Both the position numbers and the translations under genes were made by a program. This document shows positions 29,694 to 39,180 of a DNA stretch of 64,000 bases, in pieces. The stretch is from NCBI GenBank assembly GCA_963850305.1, contig CAWKKR010000008.1:288001-352000 (forward strand). Reading direction: 5' to 3'. The notes beneath the pieces are model-generated. The model was not told the origin of the DNA. It did not search any database and saw only the letters and a program-made list of their open reading frames with translations. Positions within the stretch are counted from its first letter, which is position 1. Every line of letters starts with the position of its first letter. This DNA comes from an uncultured delta proteobacterium. GTDB taxonomy: Bacteria > Myxococcota_A > Polyangia > Polyangiales > Polyangiaceae.

Positions 29694-29741
29694 ATATTAC
29701 AGTATAGTACAATCAGTCGAGCCCCGCAAATGTGCCCGGAT

Positions 29742-30494
29742 TCATTTGGGCCGTGCGAGCTCGCTCGCGACGGCGTCCGCGCGCCGCTTCGCGTCTGCGG
29801 GGTCACCCAGGTATCGGCCGGGAGCCGTCGGGCGAAGCCGGTCATCGAGTTGATAGACGAGGGGCACGCCCGTCGGGATGTTGAGCTGCACGATCTCCTC
29901 GTCGCCGATCCCTTCGAGGTGCTTCACGAGTGCGCGCAGGCTGTTGCCGTGCGCGACGATGAGGGTGCGATCGCCGCGATGCAGCGCGGGCGAGATATCG
30001 CTCTCCCAGTACGGCAGAAAACGATTCACGGTGTCCTTCAGGCACTCGGTGCGCGGGAGCTGCTCGGCGCTCAGCTTGCGGTACCGACGATCGTGACCGG
30101 GGAAATACTCACTCCCCGAGTCGAGCTCCGGCGGTCGAACGTCGTAGCTGCGCCGCCAGATCTTGACCTGCTCTTCGCCGTGGCGCGCCGCTGTCTCGGC
30201 CTTGTCGAGCCCCTGGAGTGCGCCGTACATCCGCTCGTTGATGCGCCAGCTCCTGTGAACCGGGATCCACATGAGATCGAGCTCTTCGAGCGTGAGCCAG
30301 AGGGTCTTGATGGCTCGCTTCAAGACGGACGTGAACGCGACGTCGAACTCGAACTGCTCGTTCTTCAAGAGCTGTCCGGCACGGCGTGCTTCTTCGATGC
30401 CGAGAGGGCTCAGCGGGACGTCGACCCAGCCCGTGAAGCGGTTTTCCTGGTTCCATTGGCTCTGGCCGTGACGCAGCAGCACCAGCGTTTTCAT
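29742..30494 (-). CDS. gpmA: 2,3-bisphosphoglycerate-dependent phosphoglycerate mutase
   Basis: [58 protein letters not shown]. Confidence 0.97.
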   Translation of the reverse strand: MKTLVLLRHGQSQWNQENRFTGWVDVPLSPLGIEEARRAGQLLKNEQFEFDVAFTSVLKRAIKTLWLTLEELDLMWIPVHRSWRINERMYGALQGLDKAETAARHGEEQVKIWRRSYDVRPPELDSGSEYFPGHDRRYRKLSAEQLPRTECLKDTVNRFLPYWESDISPALHRGDRTLIVAHGNSLRALVKHLEGIGDEEIVQLNIPTGVPLVYQLDDRLRPTAPGRYLGDPADAKRRADAVASELARPK

Positions 30495-30553
30495 GGGTGA
30501 GTCCTCCGGGACCCCCTCTTAACACGGAGACCCTGGCGTGGTGCGCGGCTCGG

Positions 30554-31387
30554 TCAGCGCACCGGTGCGTCGGCCCGAACGGGCCACGGCACTTCCATCG
30601 TTTCCTCGATGACGAAGCCGCGCCCGCCCAGGTTTTCGACCGAAACACGAACGTCGAGGTCCGAGTAGCGCCATTCCGCGTCGCGGCGCGCGTACCTCGG
30701 AAGCGGTGCGGGTTCTTCGTCGGCCGCGGGCACCGTGGCGACGCCGCTCTCCCGCTCCTGCGGTGCACCGAACCGCAACATGAGCGCGCCTCGCGTCCCT
30801 GCAAAATCCTTCCAGGCGTCATCCCACGCGGACAGGTTGCGCTGATACGAGACGTGCCGTAACGGCGCTTCTGCCGAGTCGAACACCATGAGCAAGCGAC
30901 CGCTCGACGGGCTACGAACCCGATCCGCGAGGTGCCTGGCGTCCGTGTCGCAACTCAATCGAACCTGCGGGTTATCGTCGCGGGCGGTGTGTCGTGTGAT
31001 GATCGACGCGCCGCTGACCGCGTCGGGCTTGCCGCTCGCCTCTGCGAGCCGAACCTGTTCACGCTTCCTGTCGCGCAACTCGCCCATGAGCGTGCGCATG
31101 CTCCGATCGGCGCACGTGACGCCCCACGCGCTCATCGCCGCGCGGGCCGCCGGAACGTGTGTCGTGCCCACGCGAACCCCTAGCAGCTCCGCGGACGGCG
31201 CGCGCGGCCCCGCCGGGGGTTCCACGAAGACCGGCGGCACGTACGCCGCCTCTCGATGCATTCGGTGCCGGTAATAAGCGCCGAGTGAAACCCCGGCGAC
31301 GAGCACCGTCCCGACGACGCCGGCGACCGCTCGCAGGAAGCGCGACCGCCGCACCCCCCCGTGTCCGTCGGACGCGATGCCCGTCAT
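30554..31387 (-). CDS. Hypothetical membrane-anchored protein coupled to the di-globin gene
   Basis: ATGA overlap with the globin stop; N-terminal RRSRFL plus hydrophobic helix; two Cys (VTCAD, LSCD). Confidence 0.65.
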   Translation of the reverse strand: MTGIASDGHGGVRRSRFLRAVAGVVGTVLVAGVSLGAYYRHRMHREAAYVPPVFVEPPAGPRAPSAELLGVRVGTTHVPAARAAMSAWGVTCADRSMRTLMGELRDRKREQVRLAEASGKPDAVSGASIITRHTARDDNPQVRLSCDTDARHLADRVRSPSSGRLLMVFDSAEAPLRHVSYQRNLSAWDDAWKDFAGTRGALMLRFGAPQERESGVATVPAADEEPAPLPRYARRDAEWRYSDLDVRVSVENLGGRGFVIEETMEVPWPVRADAPVR

Positions 31388-32271
31388 TGCGGGCAGTTCG
31401 CCGGATTCTTTTCGACGACCTGCGAACAGAGCGGCGCCAAGGCGCTCACGATGGAGTTGCGATCGGTCATCGACACGCCGTCCGCGTCCATGGACGAGAC
31501 GAGATCGCCCACGAGCGCATTGAAGTCGGCGACCGCGATCCCGAGGCCCGTATGCGCGGTCTTCATGTCGCGACACGGCTCGCTCAGACCCGCGTCCACG
31601 CTCAGAATCTCGTTGCCGTACTGGCACGGCCCGCCCGTCGCCTGACACACCTGACGCACGAGGCACGCGGCGAGCCGCTGCAGGTCCGCGGTCGCGAAGA
31701 AGCTGTTGATGGTCGTGTCCTTCGCGACATTGGCGTGGAAATCCGTCACGACCTGGTCGATGGCCGGCTTCCGCCCGATGCGCTGGTAGATGGTCGCGTC
31801 GTTGGTCGGATCCTCGACGATGTCCGTCGACATCGGGCCGAGGACGCCCAGGATGGTGTCGATGTCGGCTTGCTTGACGTTGGCCGCGACGAGGGCGGCC
31901 GTCAGGTCGTTGACGAGGTCGTCGAAGTCTTGTTTCGAGATCCCGAGCCCGGAATGAGCGTCCTTCATCGAACGGCAGGTGTAGGGATCCGGTCCGCCCG
32001 TGGCTGCGGCCACTTGCTGCACCAGGCAATCCGCCAGGTGCTGCTGATCCAGCGTCGAGTTCAGGAAGTACCCGTTGATCTTCTCATCCGAAAGGACGCG
32101 CGACAGGAAGTCTTCAACGACGGCTTCGATGCCCGGCTGCTTGCCGAGCCGCGCATACAGAGTTTCGCTCGCTGCTCCGGCGTCCGCGCCAGTTTTCTTG
32201 GCGGACCCAGACCCGCATCCGGCAGCGCCCAGAGCCGTCGCCAGAACCGCCAGTGTCCAACGAAATCGCAT
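31384..32271 (-). CDS. Lipoprotein with two tandem group I truncated hemoglobin domains
   Basis: Lipobox LGAAGC; LYARLG..ATGGPDPY..MKDAHSGLGI and IYQRIG..ATGGPCQY..MKTAHTGLGI (proximal His F8 in both); GGGAG RBS. Confidence 0.9.
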   Translation of the reverse strand: MRFRWTLAVLATALGAAGCGSGSAKKTGADAGAASETLYARLGKQPGIEAVVEDFLSRVLSDEKINGYFLNSTLDQQHLADCLVQQVAAATGGPDPYTCRSMKDAHSGLGISKQDFDDLVNDLTAALVAANVKQADIDTILGVLGPMSTDIVEDPTNDATIYQRIGRKPAIDQVVTDFHANVAKDTTINSFFATADLQRLAACLVRQVCQATGGPCQYGNEILSVDAGLSEPCRDMKTAHTGLGIAVADFNALVGDLVSSMDADGVSMTDRNSIVSALAPLCSQVVEKNPANCPQ

Positions 32272-32657
32272 GACTACTCCCTGATTTCTCCAACGGCACA
32301 CACGGCCGTCCGGGTCCGCTGTGGACCAACTTCCGAATACGGCGAGGACCGCCGTTCGGATTTGTGGCCACGAACGAAGTCCAGAAGCAACCCCGGAGGG
32401 TTCGGGCAGCGACGGCGGCAAGTCGGCCAGCTTTAGCGGAGCCGCTCTGCACGAAAGACGAGCTCGGCCCGACGCCACGGCATCCACGACGACAGTTGGT
32501 CTCGTGCTCACATCTCGCTGAGGGCGACGCGCTCCACCGACGAGTGAAGGTCCTCGTATGCCGACGCGACCGAGGAAAAGCGCCACCGCCCTCGTGCGGC
32601 AACCGAGCGAGGCCAGGGCGTGGTTTTTCCGAGTTCCGGGGAGTACCCTTTTCGGTC

Positions 32658-33608
32658 ATGAAGGCGAAGATTCTCGTTGTCGAAGACTCGAAGGCGCAAC
32701 GCGAACGGATTGTCTCCGAGTTACGGCAGCGCGGTTACGAGGTGTCCGAGGCCGCCCAGGGCCTGGCCGCGCTCGTCCAGATCAAGGCGGATCCGCCGGA
32801 CGTGGTGATCCTCGACGTCGTGCTCGACGGGATGGATGGTTACAGCGTATGCCGCTGGCTCCGCCTCGGGGAGAGAACGCGAGACGTCGTCATCATCATG
32901 CTGACGGTGAAGAACGAAGTGAAGGAGCGGGTGGAGGGACTCCACGTCGGCGCAGACGACTACATTTCCAAACCGTTCGACACGGAAGAGCTCGAAGCGC
33001 GAATCTTCGCGGCTCTGAGGAGCAGGAACGCCAGGGCCGAGCTCAAGCACCGGAACACCGAGCTCGAAGCGATGCTCACCCGCACCGAGCGCCTGGCGAT
33101 GACCGACGCATTGACGGGCATCGCGAGTCGCCGCCGCATCATGGACTTGTTCCGGCACGAATGGGCGAGCGCACGGCGCTACAAGCACACGCTGTCCCTG
33201 CTGCTGTTCGACGTGGACAACTTCAAAGGCGTCAACGACGCGGGAGGGCACTCGGCCGGTGACGAGACGCTCAAGAACGTCGCGCAGATCATCGCCGGCG
33301 GCATTCGCGAAGTAGATTTTTGCGGCAGGTACGGCGGGGACGAATTCATGCTCTTGCTCCCACACACTCCCGCGGAGAACGCGACTGTCGTCGCCGATCG
33401 CATCCGCGCTCAGCTCGCCCGGGCCAAGGCGAGCTGGACCGGCGCGGCATCTGCCATCAGCCTGTCCGTCGGCATCGCTTCCACCGCCGACTCGACGCTC
33501 CTGACTCCGGAAGATCTCGTCGAGGCGGCGGATCGTGCCCTTTACGAGGCCAAGAGCGGAGGCCGTGATCGCGCCGCGGTGGCCCGGCCAGGCATTCTCA
33601 GCCGGTGA
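32658..33608 (+). CDS. Response-regulator diguanylate cyclase (REC-GGDEF)
   Basis: ILVVEDS, ILDVVL, GADDYISKP; TDALTG, DVDNFKGVND, I-site REVD, GRYGGDEF, ADRALYEAK. Confidence 0.95.
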   Translation: MKAKILVVEDSKAQRERIVSELRQRGYEVSEAAQGLAALVQIKADPPDVVILDVVLDGMDGYSVCRWLRLGERTRDVVIIMLTVKNEVKERVEGLHVGADDYISKPFDTEELEARIFAALRSRNARAELKHRNTELEAMLTRTERLAMTDALTGIASRRRIMDLFRHEWASARRYKHTLSLLLFDVDNFKGVNDAGGHSAGDETLKNVAQIIAGGIREVDFCGRYGGDEFMLLLPHTPAENATVVADRIRAQLARAKASWTGAASAISLSVGIASTADSTLLTPEDLVEAADRALYEAKSGGRDRAAVARPGILSR

Positions 33609-33688
33609 GGCTCGTGGCGTCTGGACCAGGGCGGGGACCGGCGCTCGGATTCGTGAACGCGAGCGAAGTCCAGAAGCGACGTCGGTAC

Positions 33689-33716
33689 GTATCCAATGCA
33701 TGCGCTCCGGCGTAAG
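33689..33716 (+). promoter_or_regulatory. Candidate autoregulatory ECF (RpoE/ChrR-type) promoter
   Basis: GTATCC-N16-CGTAAG resembles the TGATCC..CGTA(AG) promoter of Rhodobacter-type sigmaE. Confidence 0.4.
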
Positions 33717-33807
33717 CCTTCCCGAACCGCGTGCTCGCCCCGGTGTAGGCACGCCCAGCCCGTGGATATTTTCTGGGTTTGCCGCCCTCTTCGGTGAACG
33801 CAAGCCG

Positions 33808-34323
33808 ATGGATCGCCCGAGTTTCGAGTCCATTTTCGCCGAATACGCGCCCCGGGTGCGCGCATACTTCATCCGACATCGCTTGAGCGCGGCGCGCGCG
33901 GACGAGGTGTCGCAGGAGGTCATGCTGACGCTGTGGCACCACACGGACAGCTTCGACCCGTCGAAGGGGTCGATGAGCACGTGGGTCTTCGCCATCGCGC
34001 GGAATCGGCTGGTGGACACCGTTCGCCGCGAGCGGCGACCCGCGCCGGACCCGGAGGACCCGTGCTGGGTGGAGGACCGCCGGAATCAAGCCCCGTCCCC
34101 CGAAGCGGCGACGGGCGAGCTCGGCCGGGCGAGACGGCTCCGGGCAGCCGTGAACGCCTTGCCCGCGGAGCAGCGACGCGTCCTCGAAGGGCTGTATTTC
34201 GAGGGCCAGTCGATGAGCGAGTTCGCTGCGGCGACCGGCATCCCGCTCGGGACCGTCAAAAGCCGCGCCCGACTGGCGCTCCGGACGCTCCGGGAACGGA
34301 TTGCGGAAGAGACCGAAGAATGA
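33808..34323 (+). CDS. ECF sigma factor (RpoE of the RpoE-ChrR type)
   Basis: EVSQEVMLTLW..FDPSKGSMSTWVFAIARNRLVD..IPLGTVKSRARLAL; ATGA overlap with the anti-sigma gene. Confidence 0.93.
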   Translation: MDRPSFESIFAEYAPRVRAYFIRHRLSAARADEVSQEVMLTLWHHTDSFDPSKGSMSTWVFAIARNRLVDTVRRERRPAPDPEDPCWVEDRRNQAPSPEAATGELGRARRLRAAVNALPAEQRRVLEGLYFEGQSMSEFAAATGIPLGTVKSRARLALRTLRERIAEETEE

Positions 34324-34961
34324 CGCCCAGCCATCACCCCGATGCGGACGAGCTCATCGCGTACGCCGCCGGAACGAGTCCCGAGTGGACCTCGCTCGTC
34401 GTCGCGTGTCACCTGACGTATTGCCCGGAGTGCCGCGAGAGCGTCGAGCTCCTCGACGGACTCGGCGGTGTATTGCTCGACCAGCTCGACGCGCCGGATG
34501 CCCCGACCGTGCCCACCGAGCTCGGTTCCAAAGTGGACGCGACGCGGAAGAAATCCGCACCGACCCTCGGGCTCGAACCCGATCTCCCTCGCCCGCTTCA
34601 CGACTTTTTCGAAGAGGCCTTGCCGCATTTCCGGTTCCTCGCTCCAGGAGTGCAACACATCCCGCTGTCGCTGTCGGTCGGGGGCGTGCGAGCCAGGGTC
34701 GTGAAGTTCAAGCCGGGCTTCACGATCCCCGAACATTCGCACACCGGGCTCGAAATGGTGCTCGTCCTCGACGGAGAGCTCGCCGACACGGCGACGCGGG
34801 AAATCTTCCGAACCGGGGATTCGTCTCGACGAGAGGAGGGGAACACGCACAGCCAGCACGTCACGAGCAGGGATCCGTGCGTGTGCTTGGTCGTCAGCAC
34901 GGCGCCGATCGTCCCGACCTCGATGTGGGGCAAGGTCCTGAAGATGCTGACGGGCGTCTGA
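34320..34961 (+). CDS. chrR: ChrR-family zinc anti-sigma factor with cupin domain
   Basis: HHPDADELIAYAAG..ACHLTYCPECR (ZAS HxxxCxxC); cupin PEHSHTGLEMVLVLDG..HSQHV. Confidence 0.88.
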   Translation: MTPSHHPDADELIAYAAGTSPEWTSLVVACHLTYCPECRESVELLDGLGGVLLDQLDAPDAPTVPTELGSKVDATRKKSAPTLGLEPDLPRPLHDFFEEALPHFRFLAPGVQHIPLSLSVGGVRARVVKFKPGFTIPEHSHTGLEMVLVLDGELADTATREIFRTGDSSRREEGNTHSQHVTSRDPCVCLVVSTAPIVPTSMWGKVLKMLTGV

Positions 34962-34970
34962 GCGCCGCGC

Positions 34971-35651
34971 TCAGCTGGTGAACGGCAGGAACACGCTGAG
35001 CCCGCCCACGAGGGTGACGTCGTTCACCGTTCGCTCGACACCGAGTGGACCGCGGACGGAGCGCACTTGATCCCGCACGTCGAAGCGGAGGCCGAACCAA
35101 TCCGTCATGAAGAATTTCATGCCGAAGCCGCCGGAGCCCGCGACGCCGCGGCTGCCGGACACATCGACCGCGCCAGCGCCGAGCGCGACGTTGAAGTCGA
35201 AGCGCCCGATGGGGCCACCGAACCAGCGCACCTTGCCGTACGCGAGCGTCCAGATCAGATGCCCCATGTACATGTTGATGGGCGAACGTGTGTTGCCTAT
35301 GTCGAGGACGCCCTGGTGCGCCTGGTCCACCGCTTCGACGAAACCGAATTTTTGCTCGGTGCGGAGATAGGACGCCTCCAGTCCCAGGTCCTCGGTGAAG
35401 TGAAAGGTGTACGCGCCACCGTAAATGGGAGCGCCATCGGCGAGGTCGCCCGCGTACCAGCCACCCAGCGGCGAGATCTCGTGCCGGAGGGCCTTCTTGA
35501 ACTTGCGAGGCACGACGCCGCGGTAGGCGCGCTTGCCGACCAGTTCTTGCTTGAGTTCCTCGTCCACGCACTGCGCTCTCGCGGGAGCGCTCCGGACGAC
35601 GATGGCCCCCGCGACGAGCAGGCCGGCGATGAGGGGCGAACGAAGCTCCAA
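34971..35651 (-). CDS. Myxobacterial-type outer-membrane beta-barrel protein
   Basis: Signal peptide (APARA), alternating beta strands (AYTFHFTEDLGLEASY, WTLAYGKV, GLRFDVRD, GLSVFLP); start approximate. Confidence 0.75.
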   Translation of the reverse strand: MELRSPLIAGLLVAGAIVVRSAPARAQCVDEELKQELVGKRAYRGVVPRKFKKALRHEISPLGGWYAGDLADGAPIYGGAYTFHFTEDLGLEASYLRTEQKFGFVEAVDQAHQGVLDIGNTRSPINMYMGHLIWTLAYGKVRWFGGPIGRFDFNVALGAGAVDVSGSRGVAGSGGFGMKFFMTDWFGLRFDVRDQVRSVRGPLGVERTVNDVTLVGGLSVFLPFTS

Positions 35652-35762
35652 GCCTTCCTTCGATATCCCAGGCGCGCCCGCTCGGGCAACCGACACGAAC
35701 ATCCGGGGCGAAGAAAGCGTTCGGGCGCCGAGCTCCCCGGGCCGGGGTATCGTGATGAAAGG

Positions 35763-37097
35763 ATGCCGATGAGGTTCCGAACAGCCTTCGTGAGGCACCT
35801 TCGATGGCCTCCCTCGCTTGCCCTGGTCGTCGCGGCGGTCGCCGTACCTGCGCGCGCCGCGCCGGCCCGGTGCACGAATGGCGAGCAGAGCGCGCTCGTC
35901 GAGCTCGGCTGCGAGCTGCAGCAAGGACTCGGTACGGCGACTGCCGGCACGACCGTCGCGGTGGGCCGGGTTACGAGCGATCGAGCCGTGTCCCGGGAAG
36001 ACGAGCTCCGTCGGCGATTCGCGGCGGCGGTCGGCGGCGCGACGGAACCGGGCGCTTCGACGCTCGCCCAGGCGCGCGCGCTGGCGGCCAAGGCGACACG
36101 CGTCGTCTTCGCGACGCTCGAGATCCACGGCGGCGAGGTCCGCGCCACCGCGGACGCGTACCCGGTGACGCATGGCTTCTGGGACCGACTCCGCGATCCG
36201 GAACCCGCCGCGACTGCGCACGCATTCGGAGAGCGGCGGCTCGACGCCGAGATCGCATCCTTCCTGCCGCCGGTGCCGCTCGTGGCGCGCGTGACGGAAC
36301 GCGCGTCCGATCCGACGAGCGACGTCGTCGCGCTGGCGTGCGGCGACGTCGACGGCGACGGCGCGCTCGAGCTCGTGACGATGGGACGGCGCGAGATTGA
36401 GATGGGACGCGTTCGCGCGGGTCACTTCGTCGCGACCGCGAGCGTCGCGTGGCCTGCTCTGTCGCCCGTCGCAGCGAGTCCGCTTCGCGAACCCCTAGGC
36501 TCGATCGAAATCGAGACCGGACACGGCGTCAGGGTCGGACTCACGGATCGCGCGGCGGGCCACCGATTGTCGTCCTCGCTGTCTCCGGAAGCGGAGCTCG
36601 ACGGCAGCTTGCCGTTCGGGCCGTTCGGGTGCCTGGTGAGAACCGGAACGGCCGTGGGCAACGCCGTACCGTGCACGAAGGGCGACGCGACGCGAGCCGC
36701 GGACTTCGGCACGATCGACGCCTTCGCGTGGGGAACGATGCTCGACGGCGCGGGCCGCGTGCGGACGATCGTCGCGACGCGCAGCGAGGCGGACGGCAGC
36801 GTCACGCTGAAGGACGAGTCGGGGCGAACGGCACGCGTGGCGGACGCCGGCGCGGCGCTCGCGGTGGGCGACCTGAATCTCGACGGCGAACCCGAGCTCG
36901 TGACGAGCGTGGACACGCTGAACCCAGCCGACGACGCGCTCGTCGTAAGCTCGTGGACGAGCGACGGGAACGTGAAGGAGCGGCTGCGCATTCCGGTCCC
37001 GGAAGGCATCCGCGCGATTGCCGCGTGCCCCCCGGAAGACGCTGGGCTTTCGGCCATCGCCGTTGCGACCGGCAATGGGCTGTGGATCGTGCGATGA
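35763..37097 (+). CDS. Exported FG-GAP/VCBS-repeat protein
   Basis: Signal peptide; LACGDVDGDGALELV and LAVGDLNLDGEPELV Ca-binding loops. Confidence 0.75.
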   Translation: MPMRFRTAFVRHLRWPPSLALVVAAVAVPARAAPARCTNGEQSALVELGCELQQGLGTATAGTTVAVGRVTSDRAVSREDELRRRFAAAVGGATEPGASTLAQARALAAKATRVVFATLEIHGGEVRATADAYPVTHGFWDRLRDPEPAATAHAFGERRLDAEIASFLPPVPLVARVTERASDPTSDVVALACGDVDGDGALELVTMGRREIEMGRVRAGHFVATASVAWPALSPVAASPLREPLGSIEIETGHGVRVGLTDRAAGHRLSSSLSPEAELDGSLPFGPFGCLVRTGTAVGNAVPCTKGDATRAADFGTIDAFAWGTMLDGAGRVRTIVATRSEADGSVTLKDESGRTARVADAGAALAVGDLNLDGEPELVTSVDTLNPADDALVVSSWTSDGNVKERLRIPVPEGIRAIAACPPEDAGLSAIAVATGNGLWIVR

Positions 37098-38386
37098 GAC
37101 TCGGGCGGCGCGCGTTTCTCGCGGCGGCGTTCGCGACGCGCTACGCGCCCGCCCTCGGACGAGTACCGTCGTACGGCACGCTGTCGCTGGAGCTGCCCTT
37201 CAGGTTCGACGCCGTCGATCCTCACTCGGCTGACGACGCGGCCAGCGCGCTCTTCGCGCCGGCAATCGCGGATACGCTGTTCGCGTGGGACCCGTCGTCG
37301 CGGCCCTATCCCGCGCTCGCAGCGGCGATGCCCGAAGCCGTCGCCGGGGGCACGAGAGTCGCGCTCCGCCCGGGCCTCGTGACGGCGCGTGGACGGCCAC
37401 TCGACGCGAGAGACGTCGTCGCGTCCCTGGCGCGCGCCCGAGCGCGTGCCGCGCGACCGCTGCTCGCGGCGTTCGGCAAAGCACGACAACACGACGCGCT
37501 GACCATCGTCGTTCCGGGTGCGACTCCCGAGGCCGTCGCCGACGCGCTCGCGAGCCCGGTGACGGCCATCGTGCCGCGAGGGTTTTCCGCCGAGGAACCG
37601 GACGGCACGGGTGCGTTTCGGGCGACGCGAACGCCGGACGGGATGGCGTTCGAGCGCAACGAGCGGGCCGCGCGAGGGCCGGCCTTCCTCGATCGCATCC
37701 TGGTCCGGCACGCTCCCGATCTCGCCTCGAGCCTCCGCGCGTTCGAGTCCGGCGATGCCGACGTCGGCTGGCTCGGCGCCGGGCTTCACCGTCGGCGTGC
37801 GGGCGCGATCGACTTCCGCACCGGGCGGCTCGGCTTCGTCGTGCTGCGTACGGGTTCGCTCGCCGGCAACTGGAGCTCACCCGGGATCGCAGAACGACTC
37901 GTGATCGGCATGGACCCGGCCCGGTTCGCGCACCTCGCGCTCGTCCGGCACGGCGCGGTCGGCGCCGAAGAGCACTGGGGCGGAGCGCCGGCAGATCTCG
38001 TCGTGGACGGCGGCTCTCCGTATCTCGTGGAGGTGGCCACCGTCGTTGCCGGAATTCTTTCGGAACCCGGACACGAGATACGTGTGGCTCCCTTGCCTGG
38101 CCCAGAGCTTCGCAGCCGCATCCAGCAACGCCGGTATGCGCTGGCGATCGACATCGTGCGACTGCTGGGCCCGTCCGAGCGCCATCTGCTCCTGTCGCTT
38201 CTCGAGGCTGCCGATCCGGCGCTCGCCGATCACCCCCCGAACCTCGCGACGCCGGACGTGGACACGCTCGGACGCACGCTGCCGCTCGCGGTACTCGGCG
38301 AACTCGCCGTCGTGGGCGCTCGCGTCCCCGACGTTCACGGCCTTGCGCAATGGGATCTGGGGTCCGTGTATCGTGACCGCAGATGA
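37094..38386 (+). CDS. Family-5 solute-binding-protein-like exported protein with Tat signal
   Basis: MRLGRRAFLAA; AVDPH..DTLF..YPALA..LRPGL..GRPLDARDVVASL, GTGAF, AFESGDADV; ATGA overlap. Confidence 0.72.
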   Translation: MRLGRRAFLAAAFATRYAPALGRVPSYGTLSLELPFRFDAVDPHSADDAASALFAPAIADTLFAWDPSSRPYPALAAAMPEAVAGGTRVALRPGLVTARGRPLDARDVVASLARARARAARPLLAAFGKARQHDALTIVVPGATPEAVADALASPVTAIVPRGFSAEEPDGTGAFRATRTPDGMAFERNERAARGPAFLDRILVRHAPDLASSLRAFESGDADVGWLGAGLHRRRAGAIDFRTGRLGFVVLRTGSLAGNWSSPGIAERLVIGMDPARFAHLALVRHGAVGAEEHWGGAPADLVVDGGSPYLVEVATVVAGILSEPGHEIRVAPLPGPELRSRIQQRRYALAIDIVRLLGPSERHLLLSLLEAADPALADHPPNLATPDVDTLGRTLPLAVLGELAVVGARVPDVHGLAQWDLGSVYRDRR

Positions 38387-38405
38387 CCGCGGGTCCGCGG
38401 GCACG

Positions 38406-39173
38406 TCACTTCGGCGGCATGCGGAGCGCGCCGTCGAGACGGATGACCTCGCCGTTCAGCATCGCGTTTTCGACGATGTGGACCGCGAGCGCCGCGAATT
38501 CTACGGGCTGGCCCAGGCGATTCGGGAACGGGATCCCGGCCGCGAGCGCCTGGCGGGCCTCCTCCGGCAGATTGGCGAGCATCGGAGTATCGAAGGTGCC
38601 CGGCGCGATCGTCATGACGCGGACCCCGAAGCGCGCAAGCTCACGCGCGACGGGCAGCGTCATCCCGACGACGCCGGCCTTCGACGCGGAGTAGGCGACC
38701 TGACCGATCTGGCCGTCGAACGCGGCAATCGACGCCGTCGTGACGATCACGCCGCGCTCGCCACCCGGATCCGGCGCGTTCTCCGTCATCGCCGCCGCCG
38801 CGATGCGGAGCATGTTGAACATGCCGACGAGATTCACGTTCACCGTGAGCTGGAAGAGTTCGAGCGGGAACAGGCCCGACTTTCCGACGACGCGACCCGC
38901 CGTCCCGATGCCCGCGCAACCGATCGCGATGTGGACGGCTCCGAACTCGGTTCGCGCTCGCTCGACCGCGGCGGTCATCTGCGACTCGCTCGTGACATCC
39001 GTTTCGATGAACACGGCGTTCGCGCCGAGCTCCTTTGCGAGCGCCTCACCGGGCACCGACGCCTTGTCCAGGATGACGACCTTCGCGCCGCGCGCCACGA
39101 GCGCGCGCACCGTCGCCCCGCCGAGTCCCGACGCGCCGCCCGTGACGAGCGCTACCTTGTTCTTCGGATCCAT
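38406..39173 (-). CDS. SDR family 3-hydroxyacyl-CoA dehydrogenase (type II/HSD17B10-like)
   Basis: [49 protein letters not shown]. Confidence 0.93.
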   Translation of the reverse strand: MDPKNKVALVTGGASGLGGATVRALVARGAKVVILDKASVPGEALAKELGANAVFIETDVTSESQMTAAVERARTEFGAVHIAIGCAGIGTAGRVVGKSGLFPLELFQLTVNVNLVGMFNMLRIAAAAMTENAPDPGGERGVIVTTASIAAFDGQIGQVAYSASKAGVVGMTLPVARELARFGVRVMTIAPGTFDTPMLANLPEEARQALAAGIPFPNRLGQPVEFAALAVHIVENAMLNGEVIRLDGALRMPPK

Positions 39174-39180
39174 CTTTTCC

